Shown here: positions 54,800-63,204 of the stretch, piece after piece | Position numbering within the stretch: the stretch's first letter is position 1 | Layout: every line of letters starts with the position of its first letter | DNA from: Dehalococcoidia bacterium | GTDB lineage: Bacteria > Chloroflexota > Dehalococcoidia > Lucifugimonadales > JADFKI01 | Reading direction: 5' to 3' | Length of the DNA stretch: 64,000 nucleotides | Assembly (NCBI GenBank): GCA_965203955.1 | Contig: OZ241923.1 | Span: 2,888,313-2,952,312 of the forward strand | Notes under the pieces: generated by a model | The model's input: the letters and a program-made list of their open reading frames with translations, nothing else | Told to the model about the DNA's origin: nothing | Databases searched by the model: none | Translations under genes and position numbers: made by a program

Positions 54800-55891
54800 G
54801 TGACTGCGACACTCCGGGAGGACCAAATGAGCACTGAAACTTCGGAAATCGGAATCGAGTGGGACGATCCCATAGAGGCTATGGAGCAGTTATATCGTTT
54901 AGGGTGGACTGACGGATTGCCGGTTGTACCGCCTACTCAGAGCCGGGTATCCGAGTTCATTGATTACGGAGGAAGACCTGCCGGTGAAATAGTCGGCGAG
55001 TTGCCTGAGCGCCGCCGCGAGATCAGCGTGGAAAAGGTGGCTGCCAATGCGGTTATGGCAGGCTGCCTGCCTGAGTACATGCCCGTCGTGCTGGCCGCCT
55101 CAGAGGCGATGCTCGATCCGAAATTCAACCTCGTTGGCCCTTCTTCCAGCCTCGGCGGGTCCGGGATAATGGTAATCGTGAACGGCCCAGTCGCGCGCGA
55201 ACTCGACATCAACGCCCGCAACAACCTGTTCGGCCCCGGCAACCGCGCCAATGCGACAATCGGACGGACGGTACGGCTTATTCTGATGAACGCCTGCGCC
55301 GCGATTCCGGGCCTGTTCGATCGCAGCATCCTTGGACATCCCGGCAAGTACAGCTACTGTATCGCGGAAGCCGAAAATGAAACTCACTGGAACCCGCTGC
55401 ATGTGGAGCGCGGTTTTGAGCGCGCGCAAAGCGCCGTTACGGTCTTCGCCTGCGAGTCACCAAGACAGGTGCGGGCGAGCGGTGGCCCTGAGACGATTCT
55501 GAATACCGTGGCCGACGTCGCGTCCGCGCTGGGCACATCGCTATCAACAGTTGGATCGACCGATGACAAGTCCGCGGTGGTACGACAGGGTGAACTCGCT
55601 GTTGTGTTTTCAGGGGAAAGCTACGTCTGGGACGACTGGACCAAGCAGGATGTCCGAGAAGCCTTGCAGCCGAAAGTTCGGCGCACGCTCGCGGACATAA
55701 AGCGGGCGGGGGAAGTAAGTGGCGACGTGACTGCTGAGGACGAAGGTCACTGGCTGCCGCTCGTAGCGACGCCGGATGACATAATCGTAATCTTCGCTGG
55801 CGGTGAGGAACGCACGATGTCCGCGGTCATACCAAGTTGGGGACCTAAGGTGTCATCTACCTCGGTTACGAAGGCAGTCAGAAGCGGGTAG
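54800..55891 (+). CDS. Conserved-looking protein of unknown function
   Basis: A long ORF with coding-like composition and ordered blocks (LYRLGWTDGLPVVPPT, KVAANAVMAGC, GPGNRANATIGR). I recognise no family signature. The start may be at 54827. Confidence 0.6.
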   Translation: MTATLREDQMSTETSEIGIEWDDPIEAMEQLYRLGWTDGLPVVPPTQSRVSEFIDYGGRPAGEIVGELPERRREISVEKVAANAVMAGCLPEYMPVVLAASEAMLDPKFNLVGPSSSLGGSGIMVIVNGPVARELDINARNNLFGPGNRANATIGRTVRLILMNACAAIPGLFDRSILGHPGKYSYCIAEAENETHWNPLHVERGFERAQSAVTVFACESPRQVRASGGPETILNTVADVASALGTSLSTVGSTDDKSAVVRQGELAVVFSGESYVWDDWTKQDVREALQPKVRRTLADIKRAGEVSGDVTAEDEGHWLPLVATPDDIIVIFAGGEERTMSAVIPSWGPKVSSTSVTKAVRSG

Positions 55892-55913
55892 GGCGGAAGA
55901 CTACTCAGAATAG

Positions 55914-56399
55914 TTAGTTCCGCGGAAAGACGCGACTCCGTGCCGCGCGCGCTTCGGCTGCCTGCTTCACCTGAGCCATATGCTTCACCAGGGTGCGCTC
56001 GAAGACCGGGCGCGTGTATATGACGCCGCCGAACCAGCCGAACAATGGAAACCTGCTCCAGATGAACTCGCCGCTGTGTGTTAGGTCGGTTTCCTTGCCT
56101 TCCACATCGTCGAACCTGAACTCCTCCCGCGCATAGTGCAGCGGACCTGACAGGTGCTCGAAAGTGATGCGGTCCGGCGGGTAAAGCTTCACCTCTTCGA
56201 CCGTCGTGTAGGTGAAATACAGCGCTTTGGTCTGGAACTCAGTGACGAGGCGGTTATCGTCCCGTTCCAGCACTTTGGACGACTCGTTGTTGTCTTCCGG
56301 TAGCCTACCCCTTCCGAAGTGCGACATCATCTGGAATACCAGCTCGCGAGGCGCCTGGATGCGGACTGTGTGCGGTCTGAGTCTTATGGGCTTAGGCAT
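55914..56399 (-). CDS. SRPBCC (START/polyketide-cyclase-like) superfamily protein
   Basis: Size and pattern match SRPBCC. Its start overlaps the trpF stop by 8 nt. Confidence 0.65.
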   Translation of the reverse strand: MPKPIRLRPHTVRIQAPRELVFQMMSHFGRGRLPEDNNESSKVLERDDNRLVTEFQTKALYFTYTTVEEVKLYPPDRITFEHLSGPLHYAREEFRFDDVEGKETDLTHSGEFIWSRFPLFGWFGGVIYTRPVFERTLVKHMAQVKQAAEARAARSRVFPRN

Positions 56400-57075
56400 G
56401 AGTGGAGAGTGGAAGTTCGGACGCTGCGGCGCGCACTATATTTCCGAAGGCTGCGATCTTGGATTTATCCTTGACACCGTTGGTCTCAACGCCACTGGAG
56501 ACATCAACGCCCCAAGGCTGCACAGAATCAATCGCCTGCCGCACATTTTCAGGCGCAAGACCCCCTGCAAGGAACACCGGATGACGCCGCGCAAGCTCAG
56601 AAGCAATGCTCCAGTCAAAGGTGTGCCCCGTGCCGCCCAGAGCCCCTTTGACGCGCTTGTCCAGCAGCGTAAGGTGAAGGCGATTCACCGCTTCGTCTAT
56701 CTGACATAATGCTTCGGAGATTGCTGTTCTGCGGGGTAAGCTGTCGTCCACCTTTACCTGCCGCACGACCCATGCGTCCACGCTGTCCCAATAGTCCGGC
56801 GGCTCGTCGCCACACAACTGCGCGAAGTCGAGCTCACACGCGCGAATGGTCCTATTCACTTCGTGCAACGGCTGGTTGGCGAACAGCCCTACGATGCGCG
56901 GACTAGCCTCGCCTCGCAACTCACGAATCTGACGGATGACGCTCTTCGCGTGGTCAACTGACACCTGTCTCCGCACTCCCGGCACGAATACGAATCCTAT
57001 AAGTGACGCCCCCGCATCTGCCGCTGCGAGCGCATGGTCAAATGATCTCATGCCGCATATCTTGAACTCAATCAC
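56392..57075 (-). CDS. trpF: Phosphoribosylanthranilate isomerase
   Basis: KICGM, GFVF and LAGGL blocks. It overlaps trpC by 4 nt. Confidence 0.9.
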   Translation of the reverse strand: MIEFKICGMRSFDHALAAADAGASLIGFVFVPGVRRQVSVDHAKSVIRQIRELRGEASPRIVGLFANQPLHEVNRTIRACELDFAQLCGDEPPDYWDSVDAWVVRQVKVDDSLPRRTAISEALCQIDEAVNRLHLTLLDKRVKGALGGTGHTFDWSIASELARRHPVFLAGGLAPENVRQAIDSVQPWGVDVSSGVETNGVKDKSKIAAFGNIVRAAASELPLSTHA

Positions 57076-57854
57076 ACCAGTTCTCCCAGCTTCTCTCCTA
57101 CGTCGGGCGCTGTCACGAGAGCCTCGCCTATAAGCGCCGCGTGCGCGCCCGCCGACTTGATTCGCTTCAGATGATCGCGATTATTGATGCCGCTTTCGCT
57201 CACGACAACCTTGCCGAAAGGGATTCTTGACGCCAGACGTTCCGTCACATCAATGTCGGTAATAAATGTCCGCAGGTCGCGGTTATTGATTCCAATAATT
57301 TCAGCCCCGGCGTCAAGCGCGACCTTAAGCTCCTCTTCGTCATGGACTTCTACAAGGCACTGCATCCAGAACTTCTGGCTCAACTCCATCAGCGACTTCA
57401 GTACTTCGGGCGTTAGCATCGCAACGATGAGCAGGATCGCGTCTGCGCCATAAGCGCGCGCCTCATAGACCTGGTATTCATCGAAAATAAACTCCTTGCG
57501 AAGCACGGGAATCCTACGTGGATTTGCGACCGCATGCACCAAGCCGAGATGCTCGACGCTGCCCTGAAAGTGATCTGCATTGGTCAGCACGGATATTGCC
57601 GCTGCGCCATTCTCCGCATAAGTCTTCGCCAGAGACTTCGGATCGAAGTCCTCGCGCAACAGTCCTTTGGATGGTGACGCCTTCTTCACTTCCGCGATTA
57701 TGCGGATGGACTCGCCAAACAACGCCCCCGCCAGATTGAGCGGTGGCTGCTGCGCTTCGATCCGCCTTTCGAGTTCGGCAATAGGCGCTTCCACTTTCAG
57801 TCTCTCGACCTCGCGCCGTTTCACCTCGACTATGCGTTGCAGTATGTCAGCCAT
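57072..57854 (-). CDS. trpC: Indole-3-glycerol phosphate synthase
   Basis: IIAEVKKASPSKG, RKEFI, INNRDL and ESGI blocks. Confidence 0.93.
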   Translation of the reverse strand: MADILQRIVEVKRREVERLKVEAPIAELERRIEAQQPPLNLAGALFGESIRIIAEVKKASPSKGLLREDFDPKSLAKTYAENGAAAISVLTNADHFQGSVEHLGLVHAVANPRRIPVLRKEFIFDEYQVYEARAYGADAILLIVAMLTPEVLKSLMELSQKFWMQCLVEVHDEEELKVALDAGAEIIGINNRDLRTFITDIDVTERLASRIPFGKVVVSESGINNRDHLKRIKSAGAHAALIGEALVTAPDVGEKLGELV

Positions 57855-57862
57855 GCAAACCT

Positions 57863-58876
57863 CTATGCCAGTCTCTGGCTCAGTTCCACAAATGACTCCA
57901 TTCGTTCCTTGGCGCTTCCGCTGTCAATGGCACTTGCCACGGCGTCCACGCCTTCACGCAGAGTTCCTGCCAAGTCGGCAGCGAGCAGCGCGGCCGCGGC
58001 GTTCAGCAGCACGATGTCTCGCGCCGCGCCAGCGTTGCCGTCCAGCACATCGCGGAGTATCCCCGCGCTTTCATCGGCATGGGACGCCTGTATGTCGTGA
58101 AGGGACGAAGCGTTCAGTCCGAAGTCGGCAGGCGACACGTTGTACTCGCCGACATCGCCGTCATTGAGTTCCCAGACGCGGGTCGAGTCGGCAATAGTGA
58201 TCTCGTCGAGGCCATCGCTGCCATGCACGACCAGGGCGCGTCTGCTGCCAAGCCTGCCGAGCACCTGCGCCATCTTCGACGCCATAGAAGCGTCCGCAAC
58301 GCCGATGACCTGTGCGTCGGCGCCCGCAGGATTCGTTAGTGGTCCGAGAATGTTGAACACAGTGCGTATGCCGATCTCCCGCCTAGGGCCTGCTGCAAAA
58401 CGCATTGACGGGTGAAAGCCCTGCGCGAACATGAATCCGAAACCAGTCTCGTGGATGCAGCGTGCGACTGACTCCGGGCTGAGGTCTATCTTTGCGCCCA
58501 GCGCCTCCAGCACATCCGCGCTTCCGGAGGAGCCGGACATCGCGCGGTTGCCGTGCTTGGCGACCTTCGCGCCTGCCCCCGCCGCCACAAACGCGGCAGT
58601 CGTGGATATGTTGAATGTACCTGAGCCATCGCCGCCAGTGCCGCAGGTGTCAACGAGTGTGCCGTCCACTTCCACATGCAGCGAATGCTCGCGCATAACC
58701 TGCGCCATCCCCGCAATCTCGTCCACCGTCTCGCCCTTCAGACGCAGAGCCGTTACGAACGCCCCGAACTGCGCGGGTGTCGCCTCGCCGCTCATAATCT
58801 CATTCATGGCCTGAGCGGCGTGCTCCATCGAAAGGGATTCGCCGCTCACGACCGTCTCGATTGCTTCCCGTATCAT
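57863..58876 (-). CDS. trpD: Anthranilate phosphoribosyltransferase
   Basis: DTCGTGGDG, KHGNRA and NPAG blocks. Confidence 0.93.
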   Translation of the reverse strand: MIREAIETVVSGESLSMEHAAQAMNEIMSGEATPAQFGAFVTALRLKGETVDEIAGMAQVMREHSLHVEVDGTLVDTCGTGGDGSGTFNISTTAAFVAAGAGAKVAKHGNRAMSGSSGSADVLEALGAKIDLSPESVARCIHETGFGFMFAQGFHPSMRFAAGPRREIGIRTVFNILGPLTNPAGADAQVIGVADASMASKMAQVLGRLGSRRALVVHGSDGLDEITIADSTRVWELNDGDVGEYNVSPADFGLNASSLHDIQASHADESAGILRDVLDGNAGAARDIVLLNAAAALLAADLAGTLREGVDAVASAIDSGSAKERMESFVELSQRLA

Positions 58877-58902
58877 TGCTGTAATCCTTATTCTTCCGAG
58901 GC

Positions 58903-59466
58903 TTACATATTCAGGAAATTACGGAGCAGGTCATGTCCCACCTTCGTCATTATCGACTCCGGATGAAACTGTATCCCCTCCACAGGATGGCTCTTGTGCC
59001 GCACACCCATGACGATTCCGTTGTCTGTCCAGGCCGTGACTTCCAGGTCCTCTGGCATGTCTTCCTTGTACACGGCAAGAGAATGGTAGCGAATCGCCTC
59101 GAACGGGTTCGGCAGTCCCTTGAACACCCCCTCGCCGTCGTGGTGGATCAGCGACATCTTGCCGTGCATTATCTCTCCTGCGCCGCCAACCGTGCCCCCG
59201 TAGGCGTCTCCGATGCACTGGTGCCCAAGGCACACGCCCAGCGTCGGGGTGCCCTCCCCAAACTGCATAATCACGTCGTTGGAAATGCCCGCTTCTTTCG
59301 GCGTGCATGGTCCCGGCGAAATGACTATTTTCTCCGGAGACATCGCCTCAATCTCCTCGATGGATGTCTTGTCGTTGCGCCTTACCTCTACCTCCGCGCC
59401 AAGTTCGCAGAGATACTGGTATAAGTTGTATGTGAAGCTGTCGTAATTGTCTATCAGCAGTATCAA
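58903..59466 (-). CDS. trpG: Anthranilate synthase component II (glutamine amidotransferase)
   Basis: MILLIDNYDSFTYN, GVCLGHQ and QFHPES motifs. Confidence 0.93.
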   Translation of the reverse strand: MILLIDNYDSFTYNLYQYLCELGAEVEVRRNDKTSIEEIEAMSPEKIVISPGPCTPKEAGISNDVIMQFGEGTPTLGVCLGHQCIGDAYGGTVGGAGEIMHGKMSLIHHDGEGVFKGLPNPFEAIRYHSLAVYKEDMPEDLEVTAWTDNGIVMGVRHKSHPVEGIQFHPESIMTKVGHDLLRNFLNM

Positions 59467-59512
59467 TTTTCGTTCCTCTGCCGTTCAGTCCAGGCGTGTC
59501 TTTTCTTAGTGT

Positions 59513-60967
59513 CTATTGGTGCGCGATCCCGACTTCTTCGGCGTCATCTATGGCACGCATTAGTGCGGATGCCTTGTGCAGAGTCTCTCTGTACTCGAAG
59601 TCCGGAGTGCTGTCGTAAACTATGCCTCCGCCGGCCTGTGCGTGCGCGATGCCGTCCTTGATAACCAGCGTGCGTATGTCGATTGCCGTATCCATATTGC
59701 CCGTGAAGTCGAAATAGCCGACCGCACCTGCGTAAGGCCCTCGCTTGTCTGGCTCCAGTTCCGCGATGATTTCCATTGCGCGAATCTTCGGCGCGCCCGA
59801 CACTGTGCCGGCAGGGAAGCAGGCGCGCAGGGCATCGAAGTTGGTGTAGCCCTCCCGCAGCTTCCCGCTCACTCGCGATACAAGGTGCATCACATGCGAG
59901 TACCGCTCCACATCCATAAGCTGGTTCACTGAAACCGTTCCCGGTTCGCTGACGCGCCCAATGTCATTGCGGCCTAGGTCCACCAGCATGATGTGTTCCG
60001 CGCGTTCCTTCTCGTCGCCGCGCAGCTCTTCTTCATTTAAGTCGTCTTCTCTCTGGCTCGCCCCCCGAGGACGAGTGCCGGCTATCGGATTCGTCGATAC
60101 CACGCCATCCTCTACGCGCACCAGCATCTCGGGCGACGCTCCCACGATCTGGAAGCCGTCGAGTTCGAGGTAGTACATATAAGGCGACGGGTTGATGGCG
60201 CGCAGTGAGCGATATATCTGGAATGGGTCCGCCGTAGTAGGGCGCGACAGCCGCTGTGACACGACGGTCTGGATTACATCCCCTGCGACGATGTATTCCT
60301 TCACCTGGTTCACCATGTCGTAATACTCTTCAGGTGTCATGTTCGAAGTCGTCGCCAGCCGCTGGTCCGCCGCGCTGTTCGTCGAAATCGGAACCGACAA
60401 TGGAGATTGCAACCGCCTTATGACTTCGTCGATTCGGCCCGTCGCCTCGCTGTACGCCCCTTCGACATCGCCGTCAAGGTGTGCGTGGCTCACTACCGTT
60501 ATCTTATGCCCCACATGGTCGAAAACCATGTACGTCATCGTGAGCATAAACACCGCTTCCGGCACGCCAAGCACGTCCGGGTCTGGTGAGGGCAATTCCT
60601 CGAAGTAGTTTACTGACTCATAAGACAGGTAGCCCACCGCGCCTCCGTTGAAGCGCTGCATATTCGGCACCTCGATCAGTTTGAAGCGTCTCAGTTCTTT
60701 CTCTATTGGCTCCAGTGGGTCAATTTTGCCAAGCGCCTGATCCACGCCAGTCTTGATGACAACCTGCGGTTCCGTGCCAATGAAACTATATCGTGCCATT
60801 CGCTCGCCGCCTTCTACGCTCTCAAACAGGAAAGAGTAGGGCGGGCGAGCTACTTTCAGGTAGGCGCTGACCGGCGTATCCAGGTCGGCGTTGATTTCAC
60901 GGCAGATGGGGATCAGATTGCCCTTATGGGCAAGCTCCTTCACCTGCTTCAGGTCCGGGTAGTACAT
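59513..60967 (-). CDS. trpE: Anthranilate synthase component I
   Basis: Chorismate-binding blocks (LFESVEGG, GAVGYF, GGGIVYDS). The ATG at 60967 follows GGAGG. The ORF track start at 61012 would run through the hairpin. Confidence 0.92.
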   Translation of the reverse strand: MYYPDLKQVKELAHKGNLIPICREINADLDTPVSAYLKVARPPYSFLFESVEGGERMARYSFIGTEPQVVIKTGVDQALGKIDPLEPIEKELRRFKLIEVPNMQRFNGGAVGYLSYESVNYFEELPSPDPDVLGVPEAVFMLTMTYMVFDHVGHKITVVSHAHLDGDVEGAYSEATGRIDEVIRRLQSPLSVPISTNSAADQRLATTSNMTPEEYYDMVNQVKEYIVAGDVIQTVVSQRLSRPTTADPFQIYRSLRAINPSPYMYYLELDGFQIVGASPEMLVRVEDGVVSTNPIAGTRPRGASQREDDLNEEELRGDEKERAEHIMLVDLGRNDIGRVSEPGTVSVNQLMDVERYSHVMHLVSRVSGKLREGYTNFDALRACFPAGTVSGAPKIRAMEIIAELEPDKRGPYAGAVGYFDFTGNMDTAIDIRTLVIKDGIAHAQAGGGIVYDSTPDFEYRETLHKASALMRAIDDAEEVGIAHQ

Positions 60968-60990
60968 TGTCTGTATGCCTCCAGAATGAA

Positions 60991-61019
60991 GGCTGCTGTG
61001 GAACAACTCCACAGCAGCC
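60991..61019 (-). terminator. Strong intercistronic hairpin between trpS and trpE (partial terminator or stability element)
   Basis: A perfect 12 bp stem (GGCUGCUGUGGA-guugu-UCCACAGCAGCC) followed by UUCAUUCU. It lies 8 nt upstream of the trpE RBS. Confidence 0.45.
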
Positions 61020-61036
61020 CGGAAAAGTCGGAGTTA

Positions 61037-62098
61037 TTAGTATTGCGGCAGCGTAAAGCCTACTCGCCGCTTGATTTCATCCATCTTGGGGGTTGCCACG
61101 GCTGCTGCGCTTTCGGCGCCCCTTGCGAGCATGCGGTCCAGTTCAGCAGGGTCATCCATGAACTCGTAGTATCGCTGCTGGATCGGTGAAAGCGCGTCTA
61201 TGACAACCTCTGCCACTCGCGATTTCAGGTCACCATAGCCGCGCGCGTCCGCGAAGTCCGAAATCACCTCATCTTGCGACTTGTCGGTGATGACCTTGTA
61301 AATGCCCAGCAGGTTGTTCACGCCCGCCTTCTCCGCTTCCTCGGAAAAAACGATGTCACTGCCGGAGTCGGTTACGGCTCGCTTGATGGTGCGCTCTATC
61401 TCCTTTGGTTCATCCAGCATTCGCACCGCATGTCCGCGGATATGCGCGTAGCTCTTCGACATCTTGACCGTCGGATCGTTCATCCCCATCACGCGCGCGC
61501 CAATCGCCGGAATCATCGGCTCCGGCACAACAAAGGTATCTCCGTAGATGCGATTGAAGCGAATGGCGATGTCCCGTGCCAGCTCTACATGTTGCCGCTG
61601 ATCGTCCCCGACGGGCACTTCATGAGAGTCGTAGAGCAGGATGTCTCCCGCCATCAGCACCGGATAGTCGAACAGCCCCGCGGATACGCTTTCCTGCCGG
61701 GAGGACTTGTCCTTAAACTGCGTCATGCGCTCCAGCCAGCCCATCGGCGTCACGCAATTGAGCACCCAACAGGACTCTGCGTGCGCGGCGACGTGACTCT
61801 GCACGAATACCGTGCTCTTGTCCGGGTGCAGCCCTGCTGCGAAAAGCACTGCTGCCAGCGAGCGCGTCTGATTTCGCAGCTCCTCGGGGTCCTGATAGAC
61901 CGTTATGGCATGCAGGTCAACAAGGCAGAAAAAGTTAACCTTCTCCTCCTGCCCCTCGACCCATCCCTTAATGGCGCCGAGATAGTTGCCCAGCTGCACC
62001 TCGCCCGAAGGCTGGATGCCGCTGAAAACGCGCCGCTTCTCCGCGGTGCGCCGTTCGGCTGTCTTTCTGTGAATTTGCGTAGTCATCGCCTCGATCAC
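61037..62098 (-). CDS. trpS: Tryptophan--tRNA ligase
   Basis: GIQPSGEVQLGNYLG and KMSKS motifs. The start is the GTG at 62098 or the ATG at 62086. Confidence 0.95.
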   Translation of the reverse strand: MIEAMTTQIHRKTAERRTAEKRRVFSGIQPSGEVQLGNYLGAIKGWVEGQEEKVNFFCLVDLHAITVYQDPEELRNQTRSLAAVLFAAGLHPDKSTVFVQSHVAAHAESCWVLNCVTPMGWLERMTQFKDKSSRQESVSAGLFDYPVLMAGDILLYDSHEVPVGDDQRQHVELARDIAIRFNRIYGDTFVVPEPMIPAIGARVMGMNDPTVKMSKSYAHIRGHAVRMLDEPKEIERTIKRAVTDSGSDIVFSEEAEKAGVNNLLGIYKVITDKSQDEVISDFADARGYGDLKSRVAEVVIDALSPIQQRYYEFMDDPAELDRMLARGAESAAAVATPKMDEIKRRVGFTLPQY

Positions 62099-62201
62099 CT
62101 CATGGAATTCAACGAGTCCATATCTTCGCTAATGACTTCGCCAGAATACCGCGCCGATGTTGGTCATCGTGCACTCGCCTCCTACTCTGTCAGATGGCAA
62201 C

Positions 62202-62490
62202 AAAAAAACCCGCCCCCAAAGGGACGGGTTGTAACCGTGGTGCCACCCTAGTTCGCCACCTACGCCCACATTGCAGGCTCAGGTGACCTCTATTCAAGTA
62301 CGGAAAGCTACTCTGAACTTTCGATACCCTGGGCTGTGATAACGGTGCCCTCTCCGGTCACGCCTACTCGACTTGTATGTCTTTCGGATGACGGCTCCCG
62401 GGTCCATTCCATCTTCTGCGCGAGTGCCGGCTCTCACCTGGTCCGGTTCTCTGGAACTCCGCTGGAAGACTTACTACTCCCGTTCAATGC
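62202..62490 (-). promoter_or_regulatory. T-box riboswitch leader, Trp specifier (UGG)
   Basis: Minus strand: Stem I carries AGUA...AGAGA...GGUGAGAG, and the specifier loop reads GAAGA-UGG-A (UGG at 62409-62411). The T-box sequence AACUAGGGUGGCACCACGG lies at 62231-62253. The terminator AACCCGUCCC-UUU-GGGGGCGGGUU is followed by U7 (62202-62230). Confidence 0.85.
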
Positions 62491-62515
62491 CTCTTGACTT
62501 TCGATGTCTTCAGAG

Positions 62516-62545
62516 ATGTTAGCGTGGTTCTTGAACGCTTGTCAA
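62516..62545 (-). promoter_or_regulatory. Sigma70-like promoter for the T-box/trpS operon
   Basis: On the minus strand: TTGACA, then 18 nt, then TAACAT, just upstream of Stem I. Confidence 0.4.
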
Positions 62546-62572
62546 CAAAAACGACGCTGCCAATGCCTGATT

Positions 62573-62758
62573 CTATTCTTCCGACGCAAGCTTCCCGCTC
62601 TCCGCCCAGTTATCCTTGGACACGTCGTCGAACACGATGATAGTAGCCTCGGGCGGCGCGCCCGCAATCTCGTGTACGGCGTCCGTGATGGCCTTCGCCA
62701 GCCTCGCCTTCTGCTCGTGTGTCCTTCCGGGCCACATTTCAACTCGTACAATCGGCAT
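62573..62758 (-). CDS. 4-oxalocrotonate tautomerase family protein
   Basis: 61 aa starting MPIVRVEM (catalytic Pro1), with a typical beta-alpha-beta size. Confidence 0.85.
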   Translation of the reverse strand: MPIVRVEMWPGRTHEQKARLAKAITDAVHEIAGAPPEATIIVFDDVSKDNWAESGKLASEE

Positions 62759-62810
62759 GTCAAACTCCCGTTAAATATGATGTTTCAGTGCTTCCGTTGT
62801 CTTGGCCGGA

Positions 62811-63185
62811 CTACTGGCTCCGTCCCCGGAGCATCCTACCAAGGATGAACATCGCAATCAATCCTAGTGCGAAGCCCGCCTTTATGAGCCTGCTCCTGTC
62901 CTCGAAGGAAGTATATCTAGTTCCTTCGGCTGTGACTTCCAGAACGCCAATCGCAGTCACTTCAATACCGCCTCCACCTCCGCCTCCTTGCCCGGCATCT
63001 TCGTTTCCCTCGCCTTCGCCGAAGCCGCCGCCGAACCCGTAGCGCACCTTCGCGACGGGAATTATTGTCCTACCCTCCGCTATTATAGGCTCACCATAGA
63101 CCCTCTGGACGTCCGCCGAGCCTTCCAGGCGGTCGGATATGTTCTTGAGTATGTCCTGCAAGGCCACAATTTTCTCCGCAATCAA
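62811..63185 (-). CDS. YtfJ/GerW family protein with a Gly-rich loop and a C-terminal TM helix
   Basis: VYGEPIIAEGRTIIPVAKV...GGGFG...IGVLEV pattern of the YtfJ/GerW family. Confidence 0.7.
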   Translation of the reverse strand: MIAEKIVALQDILKNISDRLEGSADVQRVYGEPIIAEGRTIIPVAKVRYGFGGGFGEGEGNEDAGQGGGGGGGIEVTAIGVLEVTAEGTRYTSFEDRSRLIKAGFALGLIAMFILGRMLRGRSQ

Positions 63186-63204
63186 GCCGTGGCAAATTCA
63201 CAAG

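Noticed and set aside
60968-61012. The longer trpE start (MELFHSSLHSGGIQT...) given by the ORF track.
   Set aside because: It would be translated through a perfect 12 bp hairpin and lacks an RBS. The ATG at 60967 has a GGAGG 9 nt upstream and matches typical TrpE N-termini.
62129-62167. A 12-codon mini-ORF (MTNIGAVFWRSH) between the T-box terminator and trpS, as a possible Trp attenuation leader peptide.
   Set aside because: It has only one Trp codon and no alternative hairpins downstream. The T-box already accounts for regulation.
62950-63020. A GC-rich simple-sequence stretch (CCGCCTCC-type).
   Set aside because: It encodes the poly-Gly loop of the YtfJ/GerW protein on the minus strand. 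It is not an independent repeat element or a CRISPR-like array.
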